Position numbers and translations under genes: made by a program. The notes beneath the pieces are model-generated. The model made no database searches. It was not told the DNA's origin and was given only the letters and a program-made list of their open reading frames with translations. From a virus (taxonomy: Duplodnaviria; Heunggongvirae; Uroviricota; Caudoviricetes), in IMG/VR virus record IMGVR_UViG_3300033405_000002, positions 51,595-115,594 of that record: DNA of 64,000 nucleotides. The stretch is one strand, 5' to 3'. Positions 26,902 to 35,431 of this stretch are shown piece by piece. Positions within the stretch are counted from its first letter, which is position 1. Each line of letters starts with the position of its first letter.

Positions 26902-27723
26902 TCAGAAAAATGAAACCCCGTCCATAATGTGCTGGTGCCGCCCTTCCAAGGCTCGCGGACAGGCGGTGTCCGTGCAGGGATGGGTGACGCTCCTGACAAT
27001 ATCGGACGGCTCAACCGCGTCCGCAAAATAGCTGTTTTTCCGATGACTTCTGACCCGCGCCTGTATTGGACCGCTCAGGAACTCCCGGCGCTTGGCCCCC
27101 CGGCGTAGTGACACAATTTGCCACTTCCAGTGCTTGTGGCAGAACGCGATGTTTTGTTCGTCCCCGTCAATGAGCCAGCGTTCTCCCCGCTTGAAGCAGT
27201 TCGGGTACGAGCACTGTACCGTTGCGTCAGAGTCTACCAGTGAGATCGAGATCAAATGCTTGAAGCAGTAGCTTCCACCCTTAGCTACATACGGTGCGGG
27301 TTCGTTGCAGATGATGCACATCTGCGTAACAGGTGTGAGATCACCCCAGACTTGCAATCCGGCTTCCGCCCGTTTTTCTTTGATGAGGCTTCGCAGATGT
27401 TCACATTCGTCCAGAATGTGATCTAGTTGCTCTTTCTCAGCGCAAGTGTCATACGAGTAGTAAAGCGTTCTGCGCAAGCGGTGGAGCTTAAGCTTGAGAA
27501 ACACGTACTGGCGCAACAGGTCTTCGTACTCGAAGTAGACATGCCCATCCGTGCTCGGCTTAAGCGTGCGTTCGTACTGCATCGCTGTGCCGATCTCACG
27601 GTTAATTCTGCCCACCGCAGCGGTCGTCCCATAGTCAATGACAAGAGCCAACAAGTCCTTCATGTGGTCAGGATTGTTGGCTCGTTTTTCTGCCAAAGAC
27701 GTAAGATATTCAGATGGCGTCAA
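26902..27723 (-). CDS. hypothetical protein with Cys/His clusters
   Basis: 273 aa; CIIC, YCFKH, FCHKH. Confidence 0.65.
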   Translation of the reverse strand: MTPSEYLTSLAEKRANNPDHMKDLLALVIDYGTTAAVGRINREIGTAMQYERTLKPSTDGHVYFEYEDLLRQYVFLKLKLHRLRRTLYYSYDTCAEKEQLDHILDECEHLRSLIKEKRAEAGLQVWGDLTPVTQMCIICNEPAPYVAKGGSYCFKHLISISLVDSDATVQCSYPNCFKRGERWLIDGDEQNIAFCHKHWKWQIVSLRRGAKRREFLSGPIQARVRSHRKNSYFADAVEPSDIVRSVTHPCTDTACPRALEGRHQHIMDGVSFF

Positions 27724-27726
27724 ACG

Positions 27727-28116
27727 TTACTCCGTTGCCGCTGGTGCCTCTGCGGGCGCGTTGCCCTTGTTGTTTGCGAGGTTGAACAACTTCTCGAAGT
27801 TCGGAGAAGCCGGATCGAGTGCCAGCGCCAGTGCTGCTTCCAGCTTGGTGATCTTCTCTTCCAACTGCTTCTTCTTTTCCATGCTCGACTTGCTGTAGGT
27901 CTCGGAAACGAGCTTGTTGTCCGCTCCGAAACTCTGCTGGTCGGGCTTGATCTTCTTCAGTTCTTTCTGCGCTTCTTCGATCAGGTTTTGCACGGAGAGG
28001 ATGGCCTGCACGCGCTTGGTTTTCACCTGCTCAACTAGGACGTTAACCACGGCGTCCTGTACGGCAGGTCCGAGTCCTGCGATTTTCTCGGCGACTTGCT
28101 CTTTGATTGTTGCCAT
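27727..28116 (-). CDS. hypothetical coiled-coil protein
   Basis: AAGGA SD before MATIKEQ. Confidence 0.7.
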   Translation of the reverse strand: MATIKEQVAEKIAGLGPAVQDAVVNVLVEQVKTKRVQAILSVQNLIEEAQKELKKIKPDQQSFGADNKLVSETYSKSSMEKKKQLEEKITKLEAALALALDPASPNFEKLFNLANNKGNAPAEAPAATE

Positions 28117-28148
28117 TGTTTTTCCTTTGCGGAATTCCGCTTGGTTGA

Positions 28149-28709
28149 TTATAGCACGGGTGGGGTTGTAAAATCCCCGCTGACGGACGGGAAACTTGTC
28201 TTCCATTTGGGCCAGATGTTCAGCCGGGTCGCCATCAGCAAGTGGCCTAAATGGTTCTTACCTTCAGGCGGATGGATGCCATGCTTGCAAATATGACCTT
28301 CCAATTTGCCCTTACAGACGCCCCAATACGTATCGTGCCACCAATTACCTTCTTCAAGATAAGCCCCTTCAGTGCTCACCAGCTTCAGGGCCAACTCCGG
28401 GTAAGAAGTGAATTTGCACAGCACGAGGTCTTTCATAATGCCCCACTTGATTTCGTCCCAATCGGGGCGCATCCCCTTCATGGTGCGACCAAGCTTCTTT
28501 GCTTGTGCGGCGGTCAGGCGGGGATTGAACTCCAACGAGAACGGCTCACGCTGGGACGCGGGAAACTTAGCCGCTTGGTAAGCGTGCTCAACGCTCGCAT
28601 AGGCTACACCTTCAAACGGAATGGTGCAGTGAAAGAAGTTCGACAAGAAATCGAACTCATAAGCAAAATGCTCAATTCGGTTTGGAAGGGCTGGGATTGT
28701 CGTGCTCAT
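28149..28709 (-). CDS. NADAR (YbiA-like) family protein
   Basis: FLSNF, SVEHAYQAAK, AKKLGR, DWD, EGNWWHDTYWG, GKNHLGHLLM. Confidence 0.9.
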   Translation of the reverse strand: MSTTIPALPNRIEHFAYEFDFLSNFFHCTIPFEGVAYASVEHAYQAAKFPASQREPFSLEFNPRLTAAQAKKLGRTMKGMRPDWDEIKWGIMKDLVLCKFTSYPELALKLVSTEGAYLEEGNWWHDTYWGVCKGKLEGHICKHGIHPPEGKNHLGHLLMATRLNIWPKWKTSFPSVSGDFTTPPVL

Positions 28710-28914
28710 GTTGTTCCTTTGGTGCCAGAGTCATCGGAAGCGGTCTGATCTCTCCATGGATCAAGCACAAGTCAAACCTGTAAATGTCACCGTTCGGCAT
28801 GGTGACCGACAAAAAGGTCATTGAGTTCGGGTCGCCAAGTAGCGGGGCTTTCTCAGGGTGCTCCGCTACTTGCCGCTTCCATTCTTCAACATACCACAAA
28901 CAAGGAATGTACAT
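28672..28914 (-). CDS. hypothetical protein
   Basis: TAATG coupling to ATPase stop. Confidence 0.5.
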   Translation of the reverse strand: MYIPCLWYVEEWKRQVAEHPEKAPLLGDPNSMTFLSVTMPNGDIYRFDLCLIHGEIRPLPMTLAPKEQHEHDNPSPSKPN

Positions 28915-29924
28915 TAGTCCGCCAGTTTGAGTTTCCCGTCTTCTTCCGGGAATTTGGTCGTGAAGCCCAATGGGTCTTGACCCTGCTTCTTCACCTTGAG
29001 CACCTTCTTGGAATCGGACTTCAGGCGCTTCAACGTCTCTTCGCGATCCAATCCAAGGCAGTAGTTTGCCACAACGAGTTCGCGCAAGTGGGCGAGTCCC
29101 AAACCTTCGGTCTTGTCCACCATATCCTGAAGTTCTTCCGGCGTCACGTGATCCTTCAGGATGTTGTAGAGATAATCGTGACGTGCTTCTGCAACCGGAG
29201 CGTTCAAGCCGATCACAAGATCAAAACGGCCGGGGCGCTTCACGATGCGATCTTCCAACTGCTCCGGCTTGTTCGTCGTAGCAAGGTGAACGATGTGGTC
29301 AACCTGTGTCTCGCCGTCGAGGAGAGCCAAAAGCGCACGGGCGGACGATGATTCATCGCTCGCGCCCATGAACGTCTCGATGTCCTCGATGATTGTCAGG
29401 ATCGGGCGGCGCGATTCAATCTGGCGGATGCCGCCCAATGCTGTCTCCGCAAGGCGGCAGTTTGTGACCATGATGACAATGCCGTCGCGCTTCACGATGT
29501 CGTCGCAGAGTAATCGGATGATCGAAGTTTTACCGCAGCCAGCGGGCCCGTACATCAGAATGCCGCGCTTGTGAAGCAGTCCGGTGTCTTTGAAAAGCTT
29601 CTCCCGGCCCCAGAACTTGTCAATCTGATCGAGGATAAATTCGATTGGCGTCCCCGGCAGTCGCAGGAGCGTATCGGACGGAAATTTCACTTTGGAGAGA
29701 AACCATCCGCTGTTGTCGTTGTCAATCTCGTAGATGCCAGCCGGGATGGAGTCTTGTGTGTGACCTACAGGGCGGTATAACCCCCCGCGCTTCGACCAAT
29801 GGAAATATTTCTGATCTTCTTCGTCAGCTTCTATCGCCTGACTGTCTTTTGGTACGGATGATGTTCCTTCTACAGCGTCGTCGTCATCGTAAGAGCGTTT
29901 TCTGGAGGATGCTAGATTTGCCAT
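28914..29924 (-). CDS. AAA+ ATPase
   Basis: Walker A GPAGCGKT, Walker B IIEDIE, SRH TTN..RPGRFD; leaderless start after TGgTATTAT. Confidence 0.9.
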   Translation of the reverse strand: MANLASSRKRSYDDDDAVEGTSSVPKDSQAIEADEEDQKYFHWSKRGGLYRPVGHTQDSIPAGIYEIDNDNSGWFLSKVKFPSDTLLRLPGTPIEFILDQIDKFWGREKLFKDTGLLHKRGILMYGPAGCGKTSIIRLLCDDIVKRDGIVIMVTNCRLAETALGGIRQIESRRPILTIIEDIETFMGASDESSSARALLALLDGETQVDHIVHLATTNKPEQLEDRIVKRPGRFDLVIGLNAPVAEARHDYLYNILKDHVTPEELQDMVDKTEGLGLAHLRELVVANYCLGLDREETLKRLKSDSKKVLKVKKQGQDPLGFTTKFPEEDGKLKLAD

Positions 29925-29990
29925 AAGTGAATAATACCACATTGACAAATTCAGTCAACCTTGCAGCCGCTAAACTGCAAAACGATTCAT

Positions 29991-30332
29991 TTATTTTTCG
30001 ATCAATTCGATGAGATCGCGCTGGGCGAATGGTTTGCGAAGGATTGGAACATCCGCGATCTCCACCGGGAGCTTCGGCGGATCGCCGGACATCAAGGCCA
30101 TTTTTTGATTCGGGTTCATCTTGCGAATCTCAGTCAAAAGAGGAACGCCAGTCTTGCGCGGCATCATGTTGTCGCTAAGCACGAAGTCAAAGCCAGCTTC
30201 CGAGTGACGGTAGATGTGCAGGGCTTCCACGCCGTCCACAGCGGTTGTAACGGCGTAGCCACGAGCTTGCAAAGACATACTGAACACGTCTCGCAAGCTC
30301 TCTTCGTCATCAACGATCAGGACGCTTTTCAT
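29991..30332 (-). CDS. single-domain response regulator (CheY-like receiver)
   Basis: VLIVDDE, VLSDNMMP, MSG, RKPF. Confidence 0.92.
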   Translation of the reverse strand: MKSVLIVDDEESLRDVFSMSLQARGYAVTTAVDGVEALHIYRHSEAGFDFVLSDNMMPRKTGVPLLTEIRKMNPNQKMALMSGDPPKLPVEIADVPILRKPFAQRDLIELIEK

Positions 30333-30340
30333 GCGCTCTC

Positions 30341-30451
30341 CTAGAAGCTCGGCAGCAAGCCGAAATAGTTGGCGATCAAAGCCGCGATCCCCAAAATGAC
30401 GAGCGCTGCGATGAGCGCCCCAAAAACACCAAGCTCTTTTGTCTTCGCCAT
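30341..30451 (-). CDS. small membrane peptide (36 aa)
   Basis: GGAG SD; MAKTKELGVFGALIAALVILGIAALIANYFGLLPSF. Confidence 0.5.
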   Translation of the reverse strand: MAKTKELGVFGALIAALVILGIAALIANYFGLLPSF

Positions 30452-30452
30452 T

Positions 30453-30824
30453 TTACTTGCTCCCCCGAACAAGGTAGATCACTTCGTCGTAGACCTTATA
30501 CGCCATCACAGCGATCTGGTTGTAATGTTCGGCGGTCATACGCACGATTTCCATCATTTGCTCACGCGTTGCAACCACGCGCACAGGAATCATGCGTTCA
30601 TGGTATTCTGCACCTTCGTGCTGCCACTTTCCGTTCAGGACAGGCATCAACGTCATGCCGCCAGTGATCTTTTGAACCTTCGCGTCCCACGGCTTATGAT
30701 CCCGGCGCAAGCGAAATGGCGTGCCATCATTCGCCACGGTCGGCACAAGAATCTCCCACATGCTCTTGACTTCGTAAGAGTCAACGCCTAACGGATCGAG
30801 CAAGTTGGGTGTCTTCGGTGCCAT
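30453..30824 (-). CDS. hypothetical protein
   Basis: 123-aa ORF. Confidence 0.65.
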   Translation of the reverse strand: MAPKTPNLLDPLGVDSYEVKSMWEILVPTVANDGTPFRLRRDHKPWDAKVQKITGGMTLMPVLNGKWQHEGAEYHERMIPVRVVATREQMMEIVRMTAEHYNQIAVMAYKVYDEVIYLVRGSK

Positions 30825-30946
30825 AGTCTATTTGATGCCGTTAAACTGTCTCCAGATTCGGTAAATTTCCGCCACTGAAGAGATCGTGTCCATGTCTAAT
30901 TATACGGGGAAAACGGCGTTTTTGGCTAGCTGTAAGTATAGTGTTT

Positions 30947-31426
30947 TCAGGCGTTTGCACCTATGTTTTTCACGCCAAAGTTATCTGTCTGAGAATGACA
31001 GTTGGGGCAAAGGAAACGGATGTTGCTTTTGCGGTTATCTTGGTTGTTACCGTTTTTGTGATCTACGGGAAGAACGAGCGCACGTCCACGCCAGATTGGT
31101 TCTTGACCACAAAGATAACATTTGTACAGCACTCCTGATTCAATTAAAGCTTCGCGCAGGCGATTCGCATGTTCTTTGTGCCCCGGTCGGCGGGATAAAA
31201 CTAAAATCTCTTTCCAGTGAAGTTTTTTATTGCCGCCCTTATGGTGTTCACCCCTGTTAGTGCCTTGCCCTAAGAAATGAGAGAAATCAATTCCAAACTC
31301 AATCGTTCTTCGTTTGATGTTGGCTTGTGTTCCTCCGTTTTGACGAAGGTTGAATTTCCGTAGAACATCAGCGAAGCTGACGCTGGATTTAATGGCGGGT
31401 TCCAGATTTTCTTTTGTGTAGCGCAT
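30947..31426 (-). mobile_element. HNH homing endonuclease
   Basis: CYLCG..VDHKNGNNQDNRKSNIRFLCPNCH; start MRYTKE lies in a hairpin. Confidence 0.88.
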
Positions 31427-31474
31427 CGGCAGAGTCCTTTTACATAAATACTGCGTCTCTGCCGATTTTTGAAA

Positions 31475-31553
31475 TGGTGCCCAAGGTGGGGGTCGAACCC
31501 ACAGAATCTCTCCGGTTTGAGCGGAGCGCCTTTGCCAATTTGACCACTTGGGC
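31475..31553 (-). tRNA. tRNA-Leu(CAA), short variable arm
   Basis: CTCCG-CTCAAAC-CGGAG; CCA. Confidence 0.88.
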
Positions 31554-31564
31554 GTTATAAAACT

Positions 31565-31642
31565 GGTGCGACTGACAGGCATCGAACCTGCATGGCTGTT
31601 AACCACAGGAGTCCAGTGCGTCTGCCGATTCCGCCACGGCGT
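31565..31642 (-). pseudogene. tRNA-Leu-like element lacking an anticodon loop
   Basis: D-arm, GGTTAACAGCC variable arm, T-arm and CCA resemble the tRNA at 33017-33102, but the anticodon loop is deleted and the acceptor stem is imperfect. Confidence 0.6.
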
Positions 31643-31652
31643 TGCAAAACTT

Positions 31653-31730
31653 TGGTGCGTAGAGTGGGACTCGAACCCACAAACCATGCGTTCTAAGCGC
31701 ATGAGGTATGCCAATTCCCTTCACCTACGC
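31653..31730 (-). tRNA. tRNA-Leu(TAG), short variable arm
   Basis: ATGCG-CTTAGAA-CGCAT; CCA. Confidence 0.88.
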
Positions 31731-31778
31731 AAAACTTTTCTTCTTTAGTTCAGCAATCTTACAATTGAAAGAAGTTTG

Positions 31779-32375
31779 CTACAAACTTCTGACAAAACTT
31801 GGTGCGGCTGGAGAGATTTGAACTCTCACGTCTTTCGACGCTACCCCCTCAAGATAGTGTGTCTGCCGTTCCACCACAGCCGCGTGCTTTCTATTTCTCG
31901 ATCCCCAAGTCTCAGTTTGTTGATGACAATTAGGACAAAGAAATCTCAAATTCTCAAATCTGTTGTCGTCGTTGATCCCGTTTTCATGATCGAGATGTAG
32001 CGCTATTGGTTTGTTCAACCAGTCAGACAATCCGCAAACGCGACACTTATACTCCCAACCAAGACGTAAAAGTCGTCGTTTGAGTTTGAAACCTTCTGTG
32101 ATCGGCGAGTTCTCGCGGAACACTTCCGAGTTCGAATACTTTTGTCGCACGCCGCGATTAACTCTGGCGTCCGTCAGCGACGTTTTACCTTTATTCCACG
32201 TCTGTCCTGTGAAGTGATCGGTACTCAATCCAAATTGCTTTATCAGCGTTACAAGATGCCGATGATTACCGCCAGCCTGTTTTAAGCCAAGAGCCGTTAT
32301 AACCTGCGCGACTGAACTACTAGACGCGACTACGGCACCGAGGGATTCAGGCGTGTATTTTCTGTGTGTTCCCAT
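31779..32375 (-). mobile_element. HNH homing endonuclease, paralog of 30947-31426
   Basis: CRVCG..LDHENGINDDNRFENLRFLCPNCH; reading frame runs through the downstream tRNA. Confidence 0.88.
31800..31883 (-). tRNA. tRNA-Leu(GAG)
   Basis: CTATC-TTGAGGG-GGTAG; long variable arm; CCA. Confidence 0.9.
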
Positions 32376-32417
32376 GAGCACTAATACTGCGTCTGCCATT
32401 CCGCCATAGCCGCATTA

Positions 32418-32792
32418 CTACTCACTACCGAGTTTGGTATCAGCTTTTTTCCACTCAGCTTCAACCGCTCTCTTAAACTTCTCCAGCCCGGTCTCGTTTG
32501 CACCGTCATAAATCAAATACTCAGGTGCCAGCACGATTCCAAGTTGCGTCTCATCATACGTCCGTTGATCCGGCACCGCGCCGCAATCCCGAACGATATG
32601 AACGATAGCTGCCTTCGCCCCTTCCGCGCCAAACAAATGCTTCGCTTCGCGGACGCCTTTCCAGCAGTGACGATGACGCCGATGCCTTGGGCCGTATTGA
32701 CGGAACAATTCGTCCATCCAGCGATTGACATTCTCGTGCCTATCGCCAAGCAGCCGCTCGCAGTCCCGACAATGGTCTTCGAACTTTGCCAT
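32418..32792 (-). CDS. His-rich hypothetical protein (DUF6915/HD-like)
   Basis: H..C, WMDE, HRRHRH, HIVRD pattern. Confidence 0.6.
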   Translation of the reverse strand: MAKFEDHCRDCERLLGDRHENVNRWMDELFRQYGPRHRRHRHCWKGVREAKHLFGAEGAKAAIVHIVRDCGAVPDQRTYDETQLGIVLAPEYLIYDGANETGLEKFKRAVEAEWKKADTKLGSE

Positions 32793-32816
32793 ACAATCCA
32801 ATCGCGTCGGGCGAAT

Positions 32817-32883
32817 GAGATGGTGGGACTCGAACCCACAAGCAGGCTTCTACGCCCCGCGTCTGCCATTCCGCCACATCTCT
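32817..32883 (-). pseudogene. degenerate tRNA-Leu-like element
   Basis: GAGATG/CATCTC stem, Leu-type D-arm, intact T-arm, shortened anticodon arm, no CCA. Confidence 0.55.
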
Positions 32884-33016
32884 AACATGCGTTAATTAGA
32901 CGCATCCGCCCGAAATTGTTGCCAGTCACAAATCCCGCAGTGCCTTAGTCATCTCCCAGATGAGTGGGCCTGCAAGAGACAGTTGGGTATTCTGCCTTGT
33001 GTGCTTCTGGCAAACT

Positions 33017-33102
33017 TGGTGCGAACGGAGAGATTTGAACTCTCATGGCTGTTAACCGCAGGACTCTCAATCCTGTGCGTCTGCCAATTCCGCCACGCTC
33101 GC
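33017..33102 (-). tRNA. tRNA-Leu(GAG)
   Basis: CAGGA-TTGAGAG-TCCTG; long variable arm; CCA. Confidence 0.92.
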
Positions 33103-33106
33103 AAAA

Positions 33107-33634
33107 TCACCGCCACATTTCCGACCAGCACTCAATGGTCTGGAAGTGACGCCACGGCGTTACGCCGTCCTCTACACCTTCAACCCACGTGGGTCGCATC
33201 ACCAGTGCAAGACTTGGAAACGCTTTCGGCTTGGTCACCTTCTTCACCGTTGGCTTCGCTTCCTTGCTAGTGGAGAATGGCGCGTTTTCGATTACTTCCT
33301 CTTCAACTTGAAGAGTGCGCCAGTGCCCGTCACCTACTCGCAGAACAACGGGCCAGCCCGGTTCAAGCTCTTGCCGAAAATCTGTGACCTTCGTCCAGTC
33401 CATCACCCCGTCGTCTAGCCGCCACGAGATTGAGTTCGACTTAAGCAAACGCTGTGCGTTCGTTCTCGAATCTACAATTCCGGCAGCGACCAGTACACGA
33501 TCCATCTGGAATGAGGCAACGTCGATCTCAATGAAGCCGCGCTCCTCAACGGTGCGCCACTTCGGATTCCAGAGCCACAGAGCTTTCTCGTTTACCGCTC
33601 GGTGCGCTGGCTCTTCGGCAGATCGTTCCCCCAT
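33107..33634 (-). CDS. protein with S4-like RNA-binding motif
   Basis: MDRVLVAAGIVDSRTNAQRLLKSNSI...VLRVG; start uncertain. Confidence 0.55.
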   Translation of the reverse strand: MGERSAEEPAHRAVNEKALWLWNPKWRTVEERGFIEIDVASFQMDRVLVAAGIVDSRTNAQRLLKSNSISWRLDDGVMDWTKVTDFRQELEPGWPVVLRVGDGHWRTLQVEEEVIENAPFSTSKEAKPTVKKVTKPKAFPSLALVMRPTWVEGVEDGVTPWRHFQTIECWSEMWR

Positions 33635-33822
33635 TTTTGGTTGATCAGGGAAGAGTCCTGCTCGCACCATTGAGCCGAGACGCGCCAACGCAAACCATCG
33701 CCTACATCCTTCAAGGAAACGATGGAACCAACACGAACATTTGGTTTCACTGGTAGCCATGCTATTAGCTTAGCCTCCCCTGTTTCGGTTTGTCGAGTTA
33801 ACAGCGTTTGAACGACCTGCAT
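33592..33822 (-). CDS. small hypothetical protein
   Basis: GGAG SD before MQVVQTLL; 76 aa. Confidence 0.55.
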   Translation of the reverse strand: MQVVQTLLTRQTETGEAKLIAWLPVKPNVRVGSIVSLKDVGDGLRWRVSAQWCEQDSSLINQKWGNDLPKSQRTER

Positions 33823-33839
33823 ATTTGATGCTCCAAACT

Positions 33840-33925
33840 TGGTGCCGGAGAGGGGACTTGAACCCCTATGGCTGTTAACCGTCGCGCTCTGAACGCGGTG
33901 TGTCTGCCAATTCCACCACTCCGGC
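33840..33925 (-). tRNA. tRNA-Leu(CAG)
   Basis: CCGCG-TTCAGAG-CGCGA; long variable arm; CCA. Confidence 0.92.
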
Positions 33926-33926
33926 A

Positions 33927-34019
33927 TGGTGCATGTTGAAGGAATCGAACCTTCCTCTAGTCCCCGAAGGGGAATCCGCTTTACAGGCGGTCGGCATCAC
34001 CAGCTTGACCTAAACATGC
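33927..34019 (-). tRNA. tRNA-Tyr(GTA)
   Basis: CTGTAAA loop; long variable arm; CCA. Confidence 0.85.
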
Positions 34020-34033
34020 GTGCTTCTAAATTT

Positions 34034-34121
34034 TGGTGCATGGTGCAGGACTCGAACCTGCGTAGCCCACAAGGGGCGTCTGGGTTACAGCCAGATAGAA
34101 TTGCCGCTATCTCAACCATGC
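34034..34121 (-). tRNA. tRNA-Tyr(GTA)
   Basis: TCTGG-CTGTAAC-CCAGA; CCA. Confidence 0.9.
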
Positions 34122-34126
34122 AACTT

Positions 34127-34217
34127 TGGTGCAAGTGGTAGGATTCGAACCTACTACGGACTCTAAGAATCTCCAGCTTTACAGGCTGGTGCCGCCAACC
34201 GTATCGACCTCACTTGC
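34127..34217 (-). tRNA. tRNA-Tyr(GTA)
   Basis: CCAGC-CTGTAAA-GCTGG; CCA. Confidence 0.88.
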
Positions 34218-34221
34218 GTAC

Positions 34222-34254
34222 AAAAACAAAAAAGCCGCCATTTTCTGGCGGCTT
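34222..34254 (-). terminator. intrinsic terminator (attenuator) directly upstream of the Tyr/Leu tRNAs
   Basis: AAGCCGCCA-GAAAA-TGGCGGCTT then TTTTGTTTTT; 5' arm also pairs with GGTGGCTCCGGT (34296-34307) in the leader ORF. Confidence 0.85.
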
Positions 34255-34280
34255 CGGTCGTTCTTGGGGTCTAAATAGCG

Positions 34281-34358
34281 TCACCCATTGAACACACCGG
34301 AGCCACCCCCGCTAAGCAGGGTATACAACAGCGCCAGTGATAGGGAAACGCGGGTCAT
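34281..34358 (-). CDS. leader peptide MTRVSLSLALLYTLLSGGGSGVFNG
   Basis: AAGGA SD; six Leu codons (CTA, CTG x3, TTG, CTT) and one Tyr (TAT) within codons 6-15. Confidence 0.78.
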   Translation of the reverse strand: MTRVSLSLALLYTLLSGGGSGVFNG

Positions 34359-34414
34359 AATGTCCTTTGAGGTCTCCGGGTAACGTCTTTCTGTCCGGCA
34401 GCAACCTCTCACAT

Positions 34415-34444
34415 AGTATACTGCAAAGTCAGACAATTTGTCCA
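34415..34444 (-). promoter_or_regulatory. sigma70-type promoter
   Basis: TGGACA-N18-TATACT followed by ATGTGAGAGGTT, nearly identical to the 26864-26893 promoter and its downstream bases. Confidence 0.75.
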
Positions 34445-34462
34445 CATTTGCGAAAATTATTT

Positions 34463-35431
34463 TTACAGGATCGCATCGAGAACATCGTCCGCCTGTTCTT
34501 CGGTCATGGATGTCTGGATTTCCTGCTCGTCTGGCGGCACCGGGATGGCGAAATCTTCAATTGCCGCCAAATTCTCTCTTTTCAGCAATGAAGCGAATTC
34601 CAGTTCGGTGTAAAGGGATGCGAGCGCTTCTTTGTTCGGCTCTTGCAGCTTCATCGCCGGGATGTCCAGTTCCACCGGGGCGTCACAGGCAATAGTGACC
34701 AGCCGTTTGCTCAGCCTGATTTGATCCACGTTGTTGATGATGGACTCGCGGTACTGCTTGCGCTTGACTTCTTCAGCCCGTTGGATCGCGGCTTCGAGGG
34801 AACCAAACTGCTTGATGATGTCCACGGAGCCTTTCTTCCCGATTCCGGGAGCGCCGGGGATGTTGTCCACAGTGTCGCCACGCAGAGCCATGACATCTGC
34901 AACCATCGCTGGCGGAACTCCCACAATTTCTTCCACCTTTGCCGCGTCCGCTGTCAGGTCTTTCATCGGATTAACGGTGAACGTGCGGTCATTCACAAGC
35001 TGGAACATGTCTTTGTCCCCGGTCACGATGTAGACCACGTTTTCCGGGTCGGCGTATGCTTTCGTTGCGAGCGTGCCGATCAGGTCGTCCGCTTCGTATC
35101 CGGCAAGCTCCATTTTCGGAATACGGTAAGCTTCAATGGCGCGGAAAATAAATGGAATCTGACGCACCAGATCAAACGGCGTCTCGCCTTTGCGATTTGC
35201 CTTGTAATCCGCGAATTCAATATCACGGAAGGTCTCTCCCGGTGTGTCGCAGACAGCGATCAAATGCTCTGGCTTATGCTCTTCGATCAGCTTGTGGAGC
35301 ATGTTGCAGAAAATGTATGTCGCGCCAGTGGGGAAGCCCGCCTTCGTACTCATGACGATGGACTGGTGCGCGGCCGCGTGATAAGCGCGGTAGATGAAGG
35401 ACATTGTGTCCAGCAGAAAAATCCTAGCCAT
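34463..35431 (-). CDS. 5'-3' exonuclease/flap endonuclease (PolA N-terminal domain)
   Basis: LLD..S.IYRAYHA, YKANR, YEADDLIGT, TGDKDMFQL, GDTVDNIPGAPGIGKK. Confidence 0.95.
   Translation of the reverse strand: MARIFLLDTMSFIYRAYHAAAHQSIVMSTKAGFPTGATYIFCNMLHKLIEEHKPEHLIAVCDTPGETFRDIEFADYKANRKGETPFDLVRQIPFIFRAIEAYRIPKMELAGYEADDLIGTLATKAYADPENVVYIVTGDKDMFQLVNDRTFTVNPMKDLTADAAKVEEIVGVPPAMVADVMALRGDTVDNIPGAPGIGKKGSVDIIKQFGSLEAAIQRAEEVKRKQYRESIINNVDQIRLSKRLVTIACDAPVELDIPAMKLQEPNKEALASLYTELEFASLLKRENLAAIEDFAIPVPPDEQEIQTSMTEEQADDVLDAIL

Noticed and set aside
34222-34410. T-box riboswitch as the explanation for the leader terminator
   Set aside because: No T-box consensus (AGGGTGGNACCGCG) or stem I is evident and the leader is short; a translated Leu-rich ORF fits better, although GGTGGCTCCG is faintly similar
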